From positions 96,833 to 160,832 of the forward strand of contig CBFFRP010000090.1 in NCBI GenBank assembly GCA_965644295.1: a DNA stretch of 64,000 nt, in the 5' to 3' direction. The stretch comes from Paraphysomonas bandaiensis (Eukaryota > Protista > Chrysophyceae). A program made the position numbers and the translations under genes. Positions 49,847 through 60,849 of this stretch are shown here, in pieces (position 1 is the first letter of the stretch; every line of letters begins with the position of its first letter). The notes under the pieces were generated by a model. The model had not been told where the DNA came from and made no database searches. It saw only the letters and a list, made by a program, of their open reading frames with translations.

Positions 49847-51163
49847 TTAATTCAACCACTTCGACAGGTTGAATAATCCATCACTATATTTGCTAATATA
49901 CTTCTTTCTGCTGTCTAAAAATTTCTTCAACTTGATATACCTATTAAAACTATCACACCCGGAGATACGCGACTCGCATTCACTACTAACACGTCGTAAA
50001 CACTTTATACAGTCAATTTTCGTTATGAAGTCATGTTCACGCTTTCTTGTGATTTGCTCAGCGATAGATATCACATTTCCATTACTATCTTTTTTACCGA
50101 ATTCAATATCTGAACTAGAACTGTGTCCATGCACCCTTGTACCTTCCCGTACAAGCAAGGTCTCATTCACTAACCTGTTTAGAGCCCAATCTGCTGACGA
50201 ATTTGTCTCGTTAGTATTACGCAATGCTAAAAGAGACGACGGAAGGTTCAGTTCGAGATAATTAGAAATTTTATTTTCAGGTAACAGAAGAAGTTTCGTC
50301 GGATCGATTAAATGCAGTTTGTGTTTCTGAGCTTGAGTGTAGAGGGCAAAGTATTGCAAATAGTGCGCAATAATCGAACGACATGGAAGACATGGACTTT
50401 CTTTAGATAAATCTAAAACTGCTTGTCGATCCAGGTGGACGCGTCCATCAGTCATAGATGTCTTGTTGACAAGGTCACGTGTACAACTAACCTTCCATGC
50501 GACTCTCCCTATATCGCGCAACAATTCCATGTTAAATTGCTTATACTGCTGATTTCTCATATCCATCGTATATGCACACAACGCATCGTGGGAACCTTCA
50601 TACATGCCAGAAAAAGGAGATGGAAATGTATGCCAAGGAGCTTTCATACTGACAATAACTTCAAAGCCAGAACTGACCAGTCTTTCTACTTTCATGGGAG
50701 AGAAATTGTCCTTAAAGTATGTGATGTTATGAGTCACAACCCCCTCAATTATACTCTTCCAAGCCCTGTCGGGACATGTTGGCTTCCAAATATTATTCCT
50801 GTAAGGATTTCCCTGACTTCCCATACAATCCTTGACAAAAATTCCATCAACGTAAGGTGGGTCAGCACCATGACATTTACTCCTACAGCGAGGATTGAGA
50901 GCTTCTTGTGCACCTCCACACGACTGTATCACACAATCAGGAGTATTCAACTGAGGCAGCGCGGTCAATATGTTGGATACTAATGTAGAAGCCTGTGCGG
51001 GATTGGATAGTAATGCAAAATACTTTCCTTTCTGTAATCTAGTTGTGGTATTAAGCAAATGTCTGTTCAAGTCAGAGGAGGCCACTGCTGTTGCATGTAA
51101 TGCTAATAGAAGAACCACTGACACAGATGACATGTCTAATCTGTGTCCACATGCACACATCAA
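49847..51163 (-). CDS. secreted or type II membrane hypothetical protein, intronless, Cys-rich
   Basis: 438-aa uninterrupted ORF; hydrophobic N-terminus SVSVVLLLALHATAVA; several N-glycosylation sequons. Confidence 0.7.
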   Translation of the reverse strand: MMCACGHRLDMSSVSVVLLLALHATAVASSDLNRHLLNTTTRLQKGKYFALLSNPAQASTLVSNILTALPQLNTPDCVIQSCGGAQEALNPRCRSKCHGADPPYVDGIFVKDCMGSQGNPYRNNIWKPTCPDRAWKSIIEGVVTHNITYFKDNFSPMKVERLVSSGFEVIVSMKAPWHTFPSPFSGMYEGSHDALCAYTMDMRNQQYKQFNMELLRDIGRVAWKVSCTRDLVNKTSMTDGRVHLDRQAVLDLSKESPCLPCRSIIAHYLQYFALYTQAQKHKLHLIDPTKLLLLPENKISNYLELNLPSSLLALRNTNETNSSADWALNRLVNETLLVREGTRVHGHSSSSDIEFGKKDSNGNVISIAEQITRKREHDFITKIDCIKCLRRVSSECESRISGCDSFNRYIKLKKFLDSRKKYISKYSDGLFNLSKWLN

Positions 51164-51538
51164 ACTATATCATTGTTAAAGATGAGTGATTGATGCATTT
51201 GCAGCTCCATTCAACTGTTTAATGTGTGGGTTTTGATGAGAGTGTTGAAAACTACATATCAAATCTAGATATTTAGTGTTTTATCACAAAAAACACAGTT
51301 TTCTGTTCAAATCATGCTTTTACATGTTTACAAAATCAGCTGTATAGGGATTTTAGCTATACATAGCTATATATATAGTATACTGTGTACATGTACAGGC
51401 CGGCACAGGCAGCAGTGCGAAAGAGAATCTGCCTGTGGATGTGGTATGTGGATATGTGCATGCAGATATACACACATCCATATTCAGACGGTGGTAGAAT
51501 GAACTGGAGTGATATCAACGAGTCTGTTGTACGTATCA

Positions 51539-52979
51539 ATGCATAACAATGCGATCCTGTTCTTATCGTGTGTGTATATGTATGTATATATATGTGGATT
51601 TCGAGCCGTTACGAGTCTAGAGTACGACAATGCGATGCATGTGGTATACACAGTTGATCGATACAGTGCTCCACACTTTCTTCTTTCTGTTGGATCGATT
51701 CGAAACTACTGTTCCAAATGTACAGTGAGGGTACATGCTATCGTAACGGGACCATCAGAGGATGACGTCAGCAGATTGATGAGTGATATATCACAATCGG
51801 CGACATGCTTCAACGAGTCATCTATAAGTATAAACACGACGAAGTATGTTTACAATGCACCAAATACAGTACTAAGTGAATCCAAGCGGCCTCATTGGTT
51901 CAGTGAAACAGAGTTGGTGCGCCTCTTCGTACCAGAAATACTACCAGACTTGGAGAGATTTATATACCTAGATAACGATGTAATCATTACCAAGAATGGT
52001 ATCCTAAATGATCTGTGGAAGGTCAATGTAGGTAATGCTACCTGTGGTATAGTGTGTAACTCCTTAAGTTCCTCCGAGGCTGACAAGCTGATATCGCACG
52101 ATATAAATGTTTATAGTCCTATAATCCAGCAGTTATTCAACTATAGCATCAAGGATGATGGTTCATCTAGAGAGAATACGATATTACGAAGTATGCGAAA
52201 GTATCCTAATAGTGGGGTTTATGTAGTAAATGTAACAGCCTGGAGAGATCGTAAAGTTGGCGTTGCGATTAGGTATCTGCTGACACATTTTAAGTAGCAC
52301 TATTTCTGACGTAGAATTGTCACAGGAGTTTAATAGAAAGAAACATGGAGTCTAATGGGACACATCTTACGCACAGCTCTCAGGGAATAATAGCTGCTGT
52401 GCTTCACAACCAATGGACAGAACTCCCTCAGGTAATCGTACTCTATCTTATTAATTGGTAGTGTTTGTGGTACATATGTACAGCTGCTTATGATCACTTG
52501 GTGTATCATAGGTTTTCAACTTACGACCTTACGGAACACATAGTTTACCCGCTCTGTACAAATATCGAGGACATGGAATTCTACATTTTGCTGGTCATAT
52601 AAAGCCGTTTAACCACTGTGATATATCTGTTCGGAGTCTTGAGCTTCCACCAATGCGGTATGTTGGTCACTATCTTGTTTTAATAACTACAGTAGCTATA
52701 TTACGCAACTTAACTTAAACTTTTGCTGCTACATATATGAATTTATTTGTGTGCTTATACCAAGTAGTCATGCAAACTAATAGTTTCTGTAGAGCCATTC
52801 CACTCGCGTTTTTCGCTCATGCTGCAGCTTATATGAAAAAGATGTGCCCAACGAATACATTGCGTTTTGATTTGCCGTGCTACTATATAACGAACGCTTT
52901 CAGTGAAATATGCGCACGAAATCCTAAAGCCGTTAGAGGCATTCCCGGTAGATGGGGAGGAATGTTTTCGCGGGTATGA
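51539..52979 (+). CDS. glycosyltransferase family 8 protein (multi-exon; 3' end uncertain)
   Basis: RLFVPEILPDLERFIYLDNDVII (DxD), YPNSGVYVVNVTAWR, downstream exons SQGIIAAV..NQWTELP and GILHFAGHIKPF. Confidence 0.88.
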
Positions 52980-53770
52980 AATATAATAGTTATTTTGTCA
53001 TATCACTTAATTCGTTTCTGCATTGTGTAGAAATGTGCTTCATAGATTGTTTTTGTGCTACGGACGAGGCGGTTGGTTCTCTGTAGGAACAGAGCATGTA
53101 GCACGCACAGTGCGTTTGTATTGGCGAGTACGATATTTTTTTTTGTTTCCTATTTGATATATTATCTATTAGAAGCGACTGTTGTTCACGACATATCGAT
53201 TATTTAATGGTGAATATAGGAAATTGCTACGAAATTGCAAGAGAAATATGCACTGCATCATCACTGCATATCTCGAATGGTTTTATTAGGTACCATTCCC
53301 ATTCGCTCTAATGGGGATCTATAGAGTATAGTGGTACAGATTAGAAACTTGACACCCAACATTCAATACTTGGAAGGCTGTGTTGGAAATTGCTCATTCT
53401 TAACTAGATCTCAGAGAGAATTTGTCGTTAGACTAGATAGATTTATTAATATCGTTTACAGACAACACACACTCATTTTGTTTCACGCATAATCTCTTAC
53501 CTCTTACATATGCGAACCTCTCGTTACTACACATATCTTGAAAGATCAAACTATTTAAGTTTTTCAATATCATCACAGCATTGGTACATCACTATATTTC
53601 GCTATATTCTCGTATATTGTATTCAAGTGACATACTGAATATACTAGAATAGGATCCATATTCTAATAGGCCGTACATGAATAAGCTTGCTTATAAACGA
53701 ATGTGTGCATGTGTGCTATAGTCGTGCCAGTGAATCTATTATTAGATAACAGAAAAATGCTGTGAAAATA

Positions 53771-55135
53771 TTAAGTCCACGGATAATAATTAGGATGCAA
53801 AGCAATACCCATAGTAAAATAAAATAAAACGAGAATTATCGCCATTCTACTATAATACAACGAAGTGTGACGAACAAGTCTAGCAATAGCCAAGTACATG
53901 AAGGGACACCCTGAAAGTAACACTCTGGTAGAGACTTGAACATGTGCCAATAGCCCGCATACAAGGACCAATGCAACCATGTGCAATATATACGGTATTG
54001 AGCGCAATGTTACTTCCTTGAATCTGTCAGGACTGGACTGATCTTTATACCAATTTCCTTGTGGTTCACCGGGCTGTAGAGCGGGTGTATTACAGTCTAC
54101 ACTACATTTTTTTCCACCACTTGATAACTGAACACAAGTTTCATATGTAGCAGTAGCAAGTGCAGGAGTGCCCAAAATAATATTGGGTACTTGCCTCAGA
54201 GTATATTGTCGAAGAAATCCGACTCCCCAATGGGTGCGCTGTATGGCGGAATATATTCCAAGGAACGTGCCTATCCAAAGCGGTCCTCTTTGCACATAGG
54301 AACATGCCGATAAAACGGATCCAAGAGGCGAATCACACTGAGTGCTCTCAATATTTTTATTTATGTCCCAAAGTTGGAGACACAATGAGGCATAAGTAAA
54401 GAAACTGAACAATATAAACGGCACACACACAGCAATGCCGACTATAATGCACTGTAAGGTGGGAATAAAAGAACAAGACTTTAATAAACGGTGAATAACT
54501 ACGGCTGCAACAAATATTCCATTTAAAATTCCATTTGAGCGGGTGGATGAAGCAAGTACGAGGAGCATTCCGGCGACAAAATCACTGTCACCTTGCTGCA
54601 ATAGAAACATGCCCCACCATGTCAAACAAGCGTATAAGGACTCCGTATATACAGAGGCAAAAAACACACTGGCTGGATTAATTAGATAGACAACCAAGGC
54701 TGTTTCGATAATGTCTCGTGGAACCTCCACAAACTCAAGTATACGCCGCAAAGCTGGCAAAGCACAGATATAGCATACATTACTAATCAATAATCCGGAC
54801 AATATTCGAGCCTTCTGTGTTTCATATCCACATAAGTATGCTATAGTTCGAATCAGAAGAGGATATAATGGATAGAATGCATAAGATGTTTCGTCCTCAC
54901 CATACCAGTGATCAGAAACCTTAAGATAGTGTGCTGAATCCCATCGTGTGAATGGACGCAACATTAGAATCTCAACGTCACTATTATCAGATTCCAATTC
55001 GTACATTTGAACCCCTTGAGCATTATGATCATATATGATGAGATCTGATACTATAATAGCAGTAATAACACATAGTCGACACAGTATACACTCCTTTACA
55101 TATGAGTAGCTGTGACCCCCCATTCGACACATCAC
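53771..55135 (-). CDS. PIGV: GPI mannosyltransferase 2 (PIG-V/Gpi18), intronless
   Basis: FTRWDSAHYL, YAFYPLYPLL, INPASVFFASVYTESLYA, TRSNGILNG, YSAIQRTHWGVGFLRQYTLRQVPNIILG, HVQVSTRVL, NYYPWT. Confidence 0.95.
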   Translation of the reverse strand: MMCRMGGHSYSYVKECILCRLCVITAIIVSDLIIYDHNAQGVQMYELESDNSDVEILMLRPFTRWDSAHYLKVSDHWYGEDETSYAFYPLYPLLIRTIAYLCGYETQKARILSGLLISNVCYICALPALRRILEFVEVPRDIIETALVVYLINPASVFFASVYTESLYACLTWWGMFLLQQGDSDFVAGMLLVLASSTRSNGILNGIFVAAVVIHRLLKSCSFIPTLQCIIVGIAVCVPFILFSFFTYASLCLQLWDINKNIESTQCDSPLGSVLSACSYVQRGPLWIGTFLGIYSAIQRTHWGVGFLRQYTLRQVPNIILGTPALATATYETCVQLSSGGKKCSVDCNTPALQPGEPQGNWYKDQSSPDRFKEVTLRSIPYILHMVALVLVCGLLAHVQVSTRVLLSGCPFMYLAIARLVRHTSLYYSRMAIILVLFYFTMGIALHPNYYPWT

Positions 55136-55583
55136 AGTATGATCTACATGCTTGAATATAGTGGTTATAAAGTTTAATAGTCACACTCAATGGTGACTTG
55201 AGATTGTAATCGGAAGAAGATTTATGTGTTGGATGTTAGTATGCTGCCTGTGGCGTTAGAATTAATGAGGAGTGTGCGGTGTCTTCTATATGTATATACA
55301 TGTATGCACTGCAGGATACACACAACAATGTCCACCATATACATACAGCAGTATATGAAGTATGAAGGATAAATATATTGACCAATCAAACAAGCGTATC
55401 AGTCTATGTATTGGCCCTAAACCTCTATGTAAGTCTCTTCATCTTATCTTATATACTAGCTACGTCGTATGTATGTATAGTATACCATACCTGTACAATA
55501 GTGTATATGTACAGTGCTGTATGTGTGTGTTAAGGTATGGGATTTGTCGAGTCACCAGATCTCACTATATCACAACAAACAAT

Positions 55584-56838
55584 ATGCTAATCATCCCTTT
55601 TCTTCTCATTGTATCCATATCCGCCCACTCGGAATACATTCCCTATGAAGGTGTTGAAGTCGAAGTGATCTCTCCTCTACCACACACATACATCAATCCC
55701 AGTGAGGTCCCTCCATCATTCGACTGGAGGAATGTTAATAATACGAATTATTGTTCAAAAGTTTTAAACCAAAAGAATCCAAGTGTATGTGGGAGGTACA
55801 TACCCTCCCCCCTATATACCAGTGTCCTCATGTAATATATATATACATATAGCTGTTGGGCACAAGCTGCTACAGGCGCCTTAACTGATAGATATAAGAT
55901 AGCCACACATGGATTGCTTGATATTCAATTGGCTCCTCAGAATCTTCTTAATTTTAATATGAGGTGATTGTATTTATATATATATATGTATGTATGTATG
56001 TCTATATGGTTACATGTATATGTATGTGTCGTGTCACAGTGTTGTGTGACTGTACCTGTAGAATAACGGGCGGGACCTGTGAAGGAGGAGATCACATTAA
56101 AGCTTACGACTTCATATATACTTATGGCATATCGGATGATAATTGCATGCCGTACTCCGGACACAACTGGGAGCACGGTTATCATGTGGCGGATATGACT
56201 GACGTGACCGATGTTCAAGGCCACCAGTGCCACACCTGCTCTTGGGATGGGAACTGCGGATTTATACCCAGGTGAGACAAGTTTTACTGCGAATGAATAA
56301 TCATATCCAACAAGTCATGTATGCTTATGCTGCTTATATGCAGGGGATCCTATAATTTATATGGTGTCGACGAATTCGGTGTTGTTCATGGTGAAGAGAA
56401 TATGAAAGCTGAAATTTTTGCTCGCGGCCCTATCGCTTGCATGATCAACTCTCACCCTGATGCCTTTAAGCATTACCAAGGGGGGATTATTACATGTGAA
56501 GATAACATTGAAGAGTGTGATGGACCTATTACTCATTTGGTTGTTATCACTGGATGGGGTGTGGAGGAAGGAACAGGGATTCCGTACTGGGTGGGCAGGA
56601 ACAGCTATGGAACACAGGTAAATTTCACTATGAGTACCCACCGTGCGTATTGTTTTGTACCTTATTAGTTGAATTGATGTACCTCTGTTTGCAGTGGGGT
56701 GAGGGGTCTGGTGGGGGATGGTTTCGTTTGCTTCGTGGCTCTAATCTGCTCAGATTGGAGAGCAGTGTCTGCGCTTGGGCAGTTCCTGCAAAGAAAGATG
56801 TCGAGAGAGCCCTAAAGCAATATTATGAGTCGCTGTAG
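55584..56838 (+). CDS. CTSZ: cathepsin Z/X-like papain-family cysteine protease (5 exons)
   Basis: Signal peptide and very short propeptide; SPLPHTYI...PPSFDWRNVNNTNY; NQKNPSVCGSCWA (split by an intron); GTCEGG; MKAEIFARGPIAC; THLVVITGWG; YWVGRNSYGTQWGE. Confidence 0.93.
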
Positions 56839-57370
56839 AATGACGTTCTGGGATGTGGTAACGTCGAATACTTTTCCTGCTACCCATGTACTAGGATTAG
56901 TAGACATCATTTTGTCATGATATGTGATTTATTATTTATGGTTTATGGATATAATATTTAAAAGGGTATTTCCTAGGACAGACGCAATGACTTTTTATAT
57001 TTTTCTTTAAAATAGTATTGAAAAGGAAAGTAGACGTGAATGTTGTATTGCACATTAACCTCAAGCTCGAAAGTAGTAAGTAGAAATATCTGATTTAATA
57101 CTTTCAGTGTGTGGCTTAGAGTAAATCACAAACACCGGGTGTAGTATGAAGCCATTCACATAGATCATAGTATATTATATATTATTGGTAGCACTCATTC
57201 CATGTTCGTTATAGTAATTGTCCTCACAAATTGTAATCTGGATAGCACACTACTATTATATTCGTAAACACGTTAGCAGAATTATTATGCACTCTATAAG
57301 TTACTTCAACGAAATATATATAACCAATATCTGCAATATAGAAACTATTCAACAGACACTTCTATTAATA

Positions 57371-59982
57371 CTAATCAAACCAGTCCTCGGCTTCTGCCAG
57401 CGCTGCTACATGCGCCAGCACTCCTTTAACTAAACCTCCATCCCCAGGTTGTACAGCATATTTATTTCGCGGAGATGTTTTACTCGACCCGTCTTGAGAA
57501 TCTTTAGTTGCCCGACCTTTTGACTTCGGCACTGGTGATGACAAGGAATATCCACCCTCTAAAACAGATATCACAGATTTGGATGTGTGTTTCACGCTCG
57601 AAGTTAACCAATGAAAGTCATCTTCATCTAAGAAGTGATACATATCATCATATATCGCATCGAATCCAGCGGAGAAGAAGAGAAGGTCTGGAGAAAACTC
57701 CTGTAGACGGGGTAGCAATCGGGTAGTAACCTTCTCCCTATTGTGTTGTAAATCAAACCCAATATGTAACTACAAGTGCATGGAACTGCCACAACAACAA
57801 TTCTGTCTGAATACCTCATTTCATCTGATGCTTGTTTGATTAAAGTCTTCTTCAATTTATTAGTCAACTTCTGCCTTCCGTGCATATCCCATGGTCCCGG
57901 TCCAATTGGCGTCATGGCAATATTGATGATGTGTTGATCATCATTCTCAATAGGAGTGCAATCACTGTCGGCCCCAGAGCATGGATAAAATCTCTCGTCT
58001 ATGAAAAAAAGCCAAAAGTGTTATCCACTATAAGTGTCTAAAAGCAACAAATCACCCGCATACAAGTTAATAGATGCAAACATAGTTTCTTTCGCATCCT
58101 GCTCGTTCAACCAGGGCTTATATGATCGACGAGTAATAGGAGCCCAAGAGGACGGCAGAGGCAGTGCAATCTCTCTTGGCCTAAGTACATCCAAATGTCA
58201 TCGTGAGTTACTATCGCGGACATATATATCGTATTTCCTTATGGAGTCCAATGCAGACAACTACATTCGCTCACCTGAGATTCCTGACAATTTCCTCCGT
58301 ACCATTTCCTAGCCAGACACGGTCCATATTTAAACAATGGATTTAATATACATAACACATATAAAACGAATAACATCTGCACTATAGTTTCACATATCAA
58401 ATATTTTAAGCACGGCGTAAATATACGTAAGTATGGTGACATCTGTCCACCCAATTATGCATACTTCGTACCATGGTGAACATCAATGTCTACTATGGCG
58501 ATCCTCAGGGGTCTTGAGCCTGGTGGATGCCCTCGAGCAATTTCCACCTCGCCGCTGCAATCCATAGCACTATAGTTATATCTCGCGTATGCCTGGTCAC
58601 AAGATTTAAATCATTGATGCATTTTGCGTAAGTCTGTCATAACGACGATTGTCCATCCCGGAGCAGTATCAGAATACTCACCGCAGCAATCCCAACTGTG
58701 TTGAGGAGACAAAATCCCGAAGAAGTCATGTCCGGCCGCAACCACAAATGGTCAGATGGCACACATCTGCAACCATATAAGCTCTTCAGCACATTCACCA
58801 AAAATCGTTATAATGTAGTAGTAGCAAAACAGAATCACAAACGTTGAAAACTTGTGTACAACACATACCCATTCGGTCCTGCATGATGGCCAGGCGGGCG
58901 GCCAATCACAAACGCAGTTCGTATACGGCCATCCCCCTTCTCGTCCTGATGCATACTAGAGCTTCCACCCTTTCCCGGCCTAGAGTACCGGGCTGGAGTG
59001 CTCAATGTGCCTGTTGGTCGGTCGGCAACAGTGCTCGGAGCTTCATCTCCTGGACTTCCCACGCCTTCATATCCAACATATTCTCGGTACCCAGCTGGAG
59101 TACTATTGGTACTAGGGAGAGTGGAGTAAAAGGGATTCCGTTCTCCGAGAGAAATGGAAGGCGAGAGGACTACATCGACGGCATGAATTGCAGCCCTGAA
59201 AAGAAAATGTATTGCAAAAACTTTAATTCACACAGCACAATGTTTTTAAGCAAAAAACATGCGCTTTATAAAGCATAACGTACCCGCAGAATGACTTGGC
59301 GGCATCGAGGCTATACCGGCTCAGCGGAGTGTCACTGTCCAAGTACCCAGCTGGAGCGTAAAATGATGGAACGGGTGTAGATCGGTTCTTGTCACTCACG
59401 TCCTCGGAAAGTTGAAGAACTTTGTTCTCCAAATGGTTGATGTAGTCGTATTCGTGTACACTAACAACAATTGACAGTAAAAACTTGGAATGGCAATATC
59501 TATTAATATATATCGTACCGGAGTATATCTGCAAGACTAGCTGGACGAATTTTCTTATCTTCTATCCAAACAATGGAATCCTTTACCACATCTCTTCGCA
59601 AGCATCCGTCCTCTCCACACAAGAGAAGAGTACGTTGTGCGTTTTCCTGATGATCTTTCGTATCATGAGCATCAGAACCTGAACTAAGTACATAAATTTT
59701 CGACCGCGATGATAGGGACCGTATCGTTTTGTCTTGTGCGGGGGGGTCAGGAGCAGCAGGCTCATTAGGAATATGAGGTACACGAAACGCTGCAGGTGTG
59801 GGCCGAAAATTGCCGCGTTTGCGATCATGTGTCATCATTGGAGACCCCTCTATAGTAGCACATGCCATATCCCGCTTAAGAAAGACCTGAATACCACCAT
59901 CCAATGCTAGATCAGTCATAGCTGATGACAGCTCATCTGCTGCTTCCTCCTTAACACCATCAGATGATGCAGAAGTTTTCAT
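57371..59982 (-). CDS. Zn-dependent histone deacetylase family protein (class II/Hos3-like), multi-exon
   Basis: HQENAQR, YLDSDTPLS, AFVIGRPPGHHAGPNG, SGFCLLNTVGIAA, IAIVDIDVHHGNGTEEI, FYPCSG, PDLLFFSAGFDA, VISVLEGGY. Confidence 0.92.
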
Positions 59983-60148
59983 ATTGCCGACAAGTAAAAC
60001 AATAAGTTCGAGGGAGGATATATGAGTAACACGCAGATTCCGACGAAATCTTTTAATGCTAAAACCTCACAACCAAATACACACTATTCAAAATACGAAT
60101 ACCGAATACCCACACCGCCACCGAATACAATACATCTAGACATGTACA

Positions 60149-60751
60149 ATGTATGTATGTATGTATGTATGTATGTATGTATGTATGTATGTATGTATGT
60201 ATGTATGTATGTATGTATGTATGTATGTATGTATGTATGTATGTATGTATGTATGTATGTATGTATGTATGTATGTATGTATGTATGTATGTATGTATGT
60301 ATGTATGTATGTATGTATGTATGTATGTATGTATGTATGTATGTATGTATGTATGTATGTATGTATGTATGTATGTATGTATGTATGTATGTATGTATGT
60401 ATGTATGTATGTATGTATGTATGTATGTATGTATGTATGTATGTATGTATGTATGTATGTATGTATGTGTATGTATGTATGTATGTATGTATGTATGTAT
60501 GTATGTATGTATGTATGTATGTATGTATGTATGTATGTATGTATGTATGTATGTATGTGTATGTATGTATGTATGTATGTATGTATGTATGTATGTATGT
60601 ATGTATGTATGTATGTATGTATGTATGTATGTATGTATGTATGTATGTATGTATGTATGTATGTATGTATGTATGTATGTATGTATGTATGTATGTATGT
60701 ATGTATGTATGTATGTATGTATGTATGTATGTATGTATGTATGTATGTATG
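60149..60751. repeat. (TATG)n tetranucleotide microsatellite, ~600 bp
   Basis: About 150 near-perfect ATGT units, with two TGTG interruptions at ~60467 and ~60557. Confidence 0.99.
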
Positions 60752-60849
60752 GATCTTGCTTGTTGCTGTAGATGTATCGTGGCATAAGTGTACTTCTTAT
60801 ATAACATACATACAGTCACGCTCATCTGTCAGTACTCTCCCACCTAATC

